DNA of 64,000 nucleotides from Alphaproteobacteria bacterium (GTDB taxonomy: Bacteria; Pseudomonadota; Alphaproteobacteria; UBA828): contig VGET01000002.1 of NCBI GenBank assembly GCA_016869195.1, positions 1,163-65,162 of the forward strand, read 5' to 3'. This document shows, in pieces, positions 57,992 to 64,000 of the stretch. The notes below the pieces were generated by a model. The model was given only the letters and a program-made list of their open reading frames with translations, had not been told where the DNA came from and ran no database searches. How positions within the stretch are numbered: the first letter of the stretch is position 1; each line of letters begins with the position of its first letter. Made by a program: the position numbers and the translations under genes.

Positions 57992-59100
57992 GGCGCCTCA
58001 TCTCTCCGCTCGCCACTTGGCGTGAATAGGCGAAGGGCGTCAGGCGCCGCGCTGAGCTCGAGCTCGGTGCCGACCGGATAACGCACGCTCGCCTCGGTCT
58101 CGAACTGAATCGCATCCTGCTCATGCAAACAGGCCGTCCCGCCGACGGGATGGCACACCACGAAATTGTGGCGGCCGAGATGCTCGGTCAAAGCGACCTT
58201 GACCGCAAGCCCGCCCTCGCCCTTTCGCCCGACCTTCAGATCATGCGGTCGTACACCGATGAGAAGCGCCTCGCCTTCCTGCAAGCGCGCGTCGGCGGGT
58301 ACGGGCAGCGCAGTACCCTCACTTTCCATGACCAGCCGCCCACCCCGCACGGACGCCCGAAGCAAATTCATCGACGGGCTGCCGATGAAGCGGGCGACGA
58401 AAATGTTGGCCGGCCGGGCATAGACCCGGTCGGGCGGCCCCATCTGCTGGAGCGTGCCGCCGCGCAGCACCGCAAGCTCGGAGGACAAGGTCATCGCCTC
58501 GGCCTGATCGTGGGTGACGAACACGACGGTCACGCCAAGCGCCTGATGGAGCCGACTGAGCTCGATGCGCATTTGTTCGCGAAGCTTGAGATCGAGGTTC
58601 GAGAGCGGCTCGTCCATCAGGAAGATTTGAGGCTTGCGGATCATCGCGCGCCCGAGCGCGACACGCTGGCGCTCACCGCCCGAGAGCAACGCCGGCCGCT
58701 TGTGCAGCAAGGGCTCGATCCCAAGGATCGACGCAGTTTCCGCCAGGCGTCGCGCAATCTCGGCCTTCGGCACGCGGCGGTTGCGCAGATTGAACGTCAT
58801 GTTCTGCGCCGCCGTCATGTGCGGGTATAGCGCATAGTCCTGAAAAACCATGGCGATGTCGCGTTCGCGTGGCGAGAGCGCGGTCACGTCGCGCTCGCCG
58901 ATGAAGACGCGACCGGCGCTCGGATACTCGAAGCCCGCGATGATGCGGAGCAAGGTCGTTTTGCCGCAGCCGCTCGGGCCCAGGATCGAGAAGAACGCGC
59001 CCGCGCGAATCTCGAGGTCTATCGTGTTCAGCGCCGCGACGTTGCCGCCGGCATAAGTCTTGGAGACGCCTTGCAGCGTCACGCCGACGATCTCGCTCAT
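57988..59100 (-). CDS. ABC transporter ATP-binding protein (MalK/UgpC type with a C-terminal TOBE-like domain)
   Basis: ATG at 59100 gives MSEIVGVTLQGVSKTY. Walker A GPSGCGKTT, LSGGERQRVALGRA, Walker B IFLMDEP. ATGA overlap with pxpC. The start lies 2 bp from the permease stop. Confidence 0.9.
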   Translation of the reverse strand: MSEIVGVTLQGVSKTYAGGNVAALNTIDLEIRAGAFFSILGPSGCGKTTLLRIIAGFEYPSAGRVFIGERDVTALSPRERDIAMVFQDYALYPHMTAAQNMTFNLRNRRVPKAEIARRLAETASILGIEPLLHKRPALLSGGERQRVALGRAMIRKPQIFLMDEPLSNLDLKLREQMRIELSRLHQALGVTVVFVTHDQAEAMTLSSELAVLRGGTLQQMGPPDRVYARPANIFVARFIGSPSMNLLRASVRGGRLVMESEGTALPVPADARLQEGEALLIGVRPHDLKVGRKGEGGLAVKVALTEHLGRHNFVVCHPVGGTACLHEQDAIQFETEASVRYPVGTELELSAAPDALRLFTPSGERRDEAP

Positions 59101-59101
59101 C

Positions 59102-59917
59102 TCAGCGAAGGGCCCCCAGGCTGACGCCGCGCACCATCTCACGCTGCAGCAGGAAGACCACGACAATCAAGGGGGCGAACGACACCACCGCGCCGGCGGT
59201 CAGAAAGCCCCAATCGGTCTGAAACGGCGTGATCGTGCTGCCGAGGCGCACCGGCAAGGTCACCCACTTCTCTTTGGTCAGCAGGAAGGCGAACAGGAAC
59301 TCGTTCCAGGCAAACACGAAGGTGAAGATGGTGGTGACCGCAATACCGCCCTTGGTCAGCGGCATGATGATGGTAAGGAGGATCTTCAAGGGCTTCGCGC
59401 CATCGGCGGTGGCGGCCTCATCGATCGAGCGCGGCACCTCGGCGAAAAAGCCCTGCAGCATCCAGATCGCAAAGGGCAGCGAAAATGAGAGATAGACGAG
59501 AACTAGCCCGGGATAGGTGTCGAGCAGCTTTGAGCGGCTGAGGATGAGATAGAACGGCACGACCACCGAGACCGGCGGGAGCATGCGCAGCGACAGGATC
59601 CAGACGCCGAGCTGCTCCCGGCCGCGGAGCGATGAGCGCGCCAGGGCATAGGCCGCGAGCGAACCGAGCGCGATTGAGACGATGGTGGTGCCACCGGCGA
59701 TCGCCAGGCTGTTGAGCAGGAACGTGCCGTAGTTCTTGTCGCGGAACAGCTCGACGTAGTTCTCGAGCGTCGGTGCGAAGGCGAAGCTCGGCGACAGCCC
59801 GGTCAGACCACCTTCGGGCTTCAACGAGGTCATCGCGGTCCAGGCGATCGGGAACAGCCAGGCGGCGAGCACGATGAGCAGGGGTAAGAACCAGAGTCAG
59901 GTCGAGCGCCGCTGCAT
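59102..59917 (-). CDS. ABC transporter permease (MalG/UgpE-like) interrupted by an in-frame TGA at codon 7 (possible pseudogene, sequencing error, or downstream GTG restart)
   Basis: From ATG 59917 the frame reads M Q R R S T [TGA 59899..59897] L W F L P L L I V L A A W L F P I A W T A M T S L K..., the typical N-terminal TM1 of MalG-type permeases. The track only calls from the GTG at 59872. Confidence 0.6.
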
Positions 59918-59940
59918 GGCTCAGACTCGGTATCTTGCCG

Positions 59941-60015
59941 GAGCCTCATCCTTCGACAGGCTCAGGATGAGGCCTAACATTGCGACCTCATGCTGAGCTT
60001 GTCGAAGCATGAGGG
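59941..60015. repeat. REP/BIME-like pair of palindromic units in the inter-permease spacer
   Basis: Hairpin 1 is GCCTCATCCT-tcgacaggctc-AGGATGAGGC (59943..59973). Hairpin 2 is CCTCATGCT-gagcttgtcga-AGCATGAGG (59986..60014). The two loops are near reverse complements of each other. Confidence 0.55.
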
Positions 60016-60055
60016 ACACACGGCGAGTTGGGCAGCGCGTACGAACGCAACTCAT

Positions 60056-61015
60056 TCACCGCCTCCCCTGCCCTACCACGCCCTGACGCGAGATCGCGCG
60101 AATCAGGAGCGTGATCACGATGGTGACGATGACGAGCAGAACCAGTGAAGCCGCCGCCGCGTCGCCCATCTGGAAATTGACGAAGGCCGTTTCCCACACC
60201 AGGACCGGCAGGGTGTACGACGCATCGCCCGGCCCTCCTTGCGTGGTTGCGACGATCACCTCGAACGCGCGCAAGAGGTCGATCAGCCGCAGCAGCAGCA
60301 CAATGACGAGCACGCGCTTGAACCACGGAATCGTCAGGTGCGTGATTTGGCGCCAAGGGCTGGTCCCGTCGAGCTTGGCCGCTTCATAGAGCGAGCGCGG
60401 GATGGCGTACATGCCGGCGAGCACGATCAGAAAGACGAAGGGCGTCCACTGCCAGACGTCGATCGCGATGATGGCGAAGAGCGCGATGTCAGGATCGGAA
60501 AGCCAACCGGGCTTTGGGATACCCACGAGCCCGAGGATGTAATTGATGACGCCAAAATCCGGCTGGTACATGAAGCGCCACATGACCGCTGCCACGATCG
60601 GCGCCACCAGGATGGGCGTGGTCAGAAGCGTGCGAACGATCGCCATGCCCGGCAGGTCGCGCAACCGATGCACCCAAGCTGCGAGCACGAAGCCGAGCAC
60701 GAACTCGGCGGCCAGCGCGGTGACCGCAAACACCAGCATGCGGACCAGCGCGACCTGGAATTTCGTCGAGATGAACAGATAGTAGAAGTTGTCTGCCCCG
60801 ACATAGCGGGGCGGCGTCGTCTGGAACAGGTTCTGGCGGTGGAGCGCTGTGTCGATCAGGAAGACGAACGGGCCAATGACCAGTGCCAGGAGAATGACCA
60901 CCGATGGCGCCAACATCAGGGCCGGCGCCAAACGCTCGCCGCGGTAGACCCGGCTTTGGCCAGAGCCTACCGCAGCCAACTCGGTTGCGCGCCGCCGGCG
61001 CAGCCTCATCCGCAC
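60056..61015 (-). CDS. ABC transporter permease (MalF/UgpA-like)
   Basis: Six TM helices, EAA-loop region (YEAAKLDGTSPWRQITHLTIP), 319 aa. Confidence 0.9.
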   Translation of the reverse strand: MRMRLRRRRATELAAVGSGQSRVYRGERLAPALMLAPSVVILLALVIGPFVFLIDTALHRQNLFQTTPPRYVGADNFYYLFISTKFQVALVRMLVFAVTALAAEFVLGFVLAAWVHRLRDLPGMAIVRTLLTTPILVAPIVAAVMWRFMYQPDFGVINYILGLVGIPKPGWLSDPDIALFAIIAIDVWQWTPFVFLIVLAGMYAIPRSLYEAAKLDGTSPWRQITHLTIPWFKRVLVIVLLLRLIDLLRAFEVIVATTQGGPGDASYTLPVLVWETAFVNFQMGDAAAASLVLLVIVTIVITLLIRAISRQGVVGQGRR

Positions 61016-61040
61016 GACAGCGCTCTAGCGTGACGCGTGC

Positions 61041-62444
61041 TTAAGCGTTGTAGCCGCCACGCTCGAGCAACACCTCGACGTCCTTCTTCATGTTGACACA
61101 GGCCTGCTCGGGCTCAGCCTTGCCGGTCACCACGTCGCCCGCGTGCTGCGTGATGAGCTGGAACAGCTCGGGCCCCTCGGCGAATTGCGCAAGATGGTGG
61201 CCATTTGCGATGCCCTGCGCGATCGACTTGAACACCTGATATTGCGGCTGCTCGCCCCATTTGTTGAGAAGCGACGTATTGGACGGCTGTCCGCCCGCCA
61301 GAATGAAGTTCTCGGCATTCTCCGGCCGCGTCACGAACTTGGCGAAATCGACCATCAGATCGATATTCTTCGAGGCCTTCGGTATGGCGAGGCCGAAGCC
61401 GCCCTTCATGCCGGTTTTCGATGCGTCGTTGTTGGTGCCGCCGAGCGCGAAATCGCGCGAGACCAGCTTGTCGTGGAAATTGGGGTTCTCCTTCGGGTTC
61501 TGCAGGATCATGAAGCCCGACCACATGATCTGCTGATGCGACACGTCGTTCTTGAACGCCTCGGCGTTCTCGAACTCCTGCGCATTGAGCGAGGCTTCGT
61601 TCCACACCTTGGAGAGATCGCGCAGCATGGTCATGGCCGCGATGTTCTCGGGTGAATCCAGCGTCACCTTGCCGGGCGGGTTATCCTTGCTCAGGCGGCC
61701 GAAGCGCTCGGGCGAATCATTCTCGTACCACTTGCCGCCAAAGCCCCACATCATGCCGGTGTAGGTCATGCCGAGAAACCAGGCATTGCGCGCGGCACAG
61801 GTCATGAAGCCGGCACCGGGTTTCTTCTCGTTCAGCTTCTTCGCGTTCTCGAGGATGGTCTCGAAGCGTGCAGGTTCCGCGAGGCCGGCACCGGCAAACA
61901 CGTCTTTGCGCCACCAAGTCATCATGCAGTTCGCGTCGTGCACGATGGAGTACGGCACGCCGTCCCAGTCCCAGCTGCCGCGATAGAAATAGGGCACGCC
62001 GTTGATGTAGTAGTCGCGCCACTCCGGGTCCTTGTCGAAGTGCTCCTGAAGTGGCAGCAGCTTCGGGTAGGACTGTCCGATCAGCACCGGGTCGAACAGG
62101 TGCGCGTCAAAATCGCTCGAATCTTCGATCAGGCTGGTGCCGATGCGCTGATAGTGCTCGGCATAGGGCGAGACCAGTACTTCGATGGACACGTCCTTAT
62201 TCTTTTCCATATAGGCCTTGGCACTGGCTTTGAGCGCCATCTCCCAGCGCGGCCCCGGCATGGTGGTGACGACGAGTTTCTTGCTCTCGGCAATCGCGCC
62301 GCGCCAAGTGACGGCGCTCGACGCCGCGGCGATGGCGGCACCAGCCGCTGCACCCTTGAGAAAGCCACGCCGCGACACGCTCGGAGCGTGGCCACGCTCC
62401 GCCGCCCGCTGAACAGTGCCGCGATCGAATTTCGCATCGGTCAT
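61041..62444 (-). CDS. ABC transporter periplasmic substrate-binding protein (family 1, Tat-signal)
   Basis: Twin-arginine motif SRRGFLKGAAAGAAIAAA. 467 aa, SBP_bac_1-like. Confidence 0.85.
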   Translation of the reverse strand: MTDAKFDRGTVQRAAERGHAPSVSRRGFLKGAAAGAAIAAASSAVTWRGAIAESKKLVVTTMPGPRWEMALKASAKAYMEKNKDVSIEVLVSPYAEHYQRIGTSLIEDSSDFDAHLFDPVLIGQSYPKLLPLQEHFDKDPEWRDYYINGVPYFYRGSWDWDGVPYSIVHDANCMMTWWRKDVFAGAGLAEPARFETILENAKKLNEKKPGAGFMTCAARNAWFLGMTYTGMMWGFGGKWYENDSPERFGRLSKDNPPGKVTLDSPENIAAMTMLRDLSKVWNEASLNAQEFENAEAFKNDVSHQQIMWSGFMILQNPKENPNFHDKLVSRDFALGGTNNDASKTGMKGGFGLAIPKASKNIDLMVDFAKFVTRPENAENFILAGGQPSNTSLLNKWGEQPQYQVFKSIAQGIANGHHLAQFAEGPELFQLITQHAGDVVTGKAEPEQACVNMKKDVEVLLERGGYNA

Positions 62445-62465
62445 CGCACCCTCCCGGTTGGATTT

Positions 62466-62498
62466 GGCTCAATTATCAAGGCTCTTGATAATTGAGCC
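62466..62498. promoter_or_regulatory. Perfect palindrome (15-bp arms, 3-bp spacer), candidate operator
   Basis: GGCTCAATTATCAAG-gct-CTTGATAATTGAGCC, 22 bp upstream of the SBP start codon, at the edge of an AT-rich divergent promoter region. Confidence 0.4.
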
Positions 62499-62758
62499 GA
62501 CGGTAGGCGCCGTCACGGGGTGAGTCAATGGCACGCCCAGGCGCCATGACCGCGGCACCAACGGCCTGGCGGCGAATAAAATACACAAAAAATATGACAC
62601 AAAATATTACATAACCAATGTGTACTGTAAAATTACTTGACCTACACAACGCCACGTCGTACCTCTCTTCAGTGTCCACGGATAGGCGGTCGGAGGCACC
62701 GGGTCGAAGTCTTGCCCCCGGCGAGCGTGCTCCGGTTCTGAAAAACGAAAGCTCGGTC

Positions 62759-64000
62759 ATGCGTTATTTCCCGCTGTTCATCGACATGCAAAACACTTCG
62801 GTGCTCGTGGTTGGGGGCACGGAGCACGCGACAGCCAAGCTTCGGTCGCTTCTCAAGAGCGACGCGAATATCGTTGTTATCGCGGAGCGTTTTTCCGATC
62901 AAATTTTGGCTTGGGCGAAAGCCGGCCGACTCGCGCTGGTTGAGCGGGATTTCCAGCGTTCGGATGTGGCCGGCTACCGCCTGATTGTCGTTGCGACGGA
63001 CGATCCCACCCGCAATCGCGAACTAGCGACCGCCGCGCGCGTGCAGGGCGCGCTGGTGAATGTCGCGGATGATCTCGCGTCATCTGACGTGTTGTTTCCC
63101 GCGATCGTCGACCGCTCCCCCCTGGTGGTCGCGATCGGCAGCGAGGGCAGCGCGCCCGCCCTGGTGCGCGCAGTGAAGGCCAAGGTCGAAGCGCTCCTCC
63201 CCTTCGACCTTGGCACCCTCGCGCGAATTTCCGCGCCCGCGCGCGACGCAGGCCGCAAGCTCGGCGCAGGCCGCTTCCGCGACGTGTTGGCACGGTTCTT
63301 CGACGGTGAAGGCGAGCGCTCGCTCTCAGGCCACGGCGCATCGGCTGCGCGTGATCTGCTCGAGACCATGATCCATGAAGCCTCGAATGATCATGCGCCC
63401 CGAGGGCGGGTTGATCTGGTCGGCGCGGGCCCCGGCGATCCCGAACTTCTGACCTTGAAAGCCCGGCGCGTGCTCGACCAGGCCGACGTGGTGCTCCACG
63501 ATCGGCTGGTTGATGCCCGCATTCTGGATCTCGCGCGCCGCGAGGCCACGATCGTCGAGGTCGGCAAGACCGCGCGAGGGCAGAGTTGGTCGCAGAGCGA
63601 GGTCAATGCGCTCATGGTGCGCCATGCCCAGCAGGGCGCCCGCGTGGTGCGGCTCAAGAGCGGCGATCCCCTGTTGTTCGGCCGTGCCGATGAAGAAATC
63701 AAGGCGTTGGAAGGCGCCGAAATCCCCTACGCCATCGTACCCGGGGTGTCGGCGGCCTTCGCGGCCGCGGCCGGTGGCGGCTTCTCGTTGACTCGGCGTG
63801 GGCGCAATCGCGCCGTCACTTTCATCACCGCTCATGACGTCGAGGGCTTCGCCGATCACGACTGGCGCCACCTCGCGCGCAAGGGCAGCGCGGTCGCGAT
63901 CTACATGGGCGTGCAAGCCGCGCGCTTCGTCCAGGGTCGTCTGTTGATTCACGGTGCCGACGCGTCCACGCCGATCACCATCGTCGAACGCGCCAGCCGG
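62759..64000 (+). CDS. cysG: Siroheme synthase (precorrin-2 dehydrogenase/ferrochelatase N-domain plus uroporphyrinogen-III C-methyltransferase), 3'-truncated by the window end
   Basis: MRYFPLFIDMQNTSVLVVGGTEHATAKLRSLL... (NAD-binding), later VDLVGAGPGDPELLTLKA...VVRLKSGDPLLFGRADEE (SUMT motifs). Not in the ORF track because there is no stop in the window. Confidence 0.85.
   Translation, partial: MRYFPLFIDMQNTSVLVVGGTEHATAKLRSLLKSDANIVVIAERFSDQILAWAKAGRLALVERDFQRSDVAGYRLIVVATDDPTRNRELATAARVQGALVNVADDLASSDVLFPAIVDRSPLVVAIGSEGSAPALVRAVKAKVEALLPFDLGTLARISAPARDAGRKLGAGRFRDVLARFFDGEGERSLSGHGASAARDLLETMIHEASNDHAPRGRVDLVGAGPGDPELLTLKARRVLDQADVVLHDRLVDARILDLARREATIVEVGKTARGQSWSQSEVNALMVRHAQQGARVVRLKSGDPLLFGRADEEIKALEGAEIPYAIVPGVSAAFAAAAGGGFSLTRRGRNRAVTFITAHDVEGFADHDWRHLARKGSAVAIYMGVQAARFVQGRLLIHGADASTPITIVERASR

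Noticed and set aside
62476-62760. 94-aa minus-strand ORF across the AT-rich region
   Set aside because: It lies in the divergent promoter region between the SBP gene and cysG, has atypical composition and overlaps the palindromic operator. Spurious.

Overview
This is a 64 kb high-GC (about 65-66%) chromosomal segment that looks alphaproteobacterial (Hyphomicrobiales/Bradyrhizobiaceae-like). It is densely packed with roughly 58 protein-coding genes. I found no rRNA, tRNA, CRISPR array, IS element or integrase.

The core genes I recognise are:
- an N-terminal fragment of a hydantoinase B/oxoprolinase-family gene at the left edge
- infA downstream of a DEAD-box RNA helicase
- glpQ, glnE-bcp-DUF455, and an OYE/FadH-like flavoenzyme
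- prfB with its classical programmed +1 frameshift site, then mrcA (PBP1A) and an AmiC-type amidase, divergent from rne (RNase E)
- a class I/II aminotransferase, ggt, a BepA-like M48/TPR protease, a D-aminoacylase, and a HAMP adenylate cyclase
- a bifunctional thiS-thiG, aroQ-accB-accC, aat, and a DUF2155/MlaD pair
- a catabolic cluster: an orphan CoxL-like Mo-hydroxylase large subunit, a PhyH dioxygenase, a TIM-barrel isomerase, a cytosine-deaminase-like amidohydrolase, a formamidase, a FAD oxidase and a thioredoxin-like/2OG-oxygenase fusion
- a PPIase, a FAD monooxygenase, pxpC-pxpB, a four-gene sugar-type ABC transporter, and the start of cysG

The observations I rate most worth a second look are:
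- a 95-aa GIY-YIG nuclease gene precisely bracketed by perfect 33-bp inverted repeats, a candidate miniature selfish element, sitting 18 bp downstream of prfB
- a perfect CtrA box (TTAA-N7-TTAAC) in front of a two-gene operon encoding a small helical protein and a pseudo-receiver that lacks every phospho-acceptor residue
- a PleD-paralogue-like (PopA-like) REC-REC-GGDEF protein with an intact I-site RxxD but a degenerate active site
- an in-frame TGA at codon 7 of the MalG-like ABC permease, immediately downstream of a REP/BIME-like pair of palindromic hairpins
- a perfect 15-bp-arm palindrome in an unusually AT-rich divergent promoter between the ABC operon and cysG
- a recurring TTAAGGATC(C) motif in three 5' regions

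The +-strand ORFs antisense to minus-strand genes (and vice versa) that the six-frame track produces in this GC-rich DNA I judged spurious.
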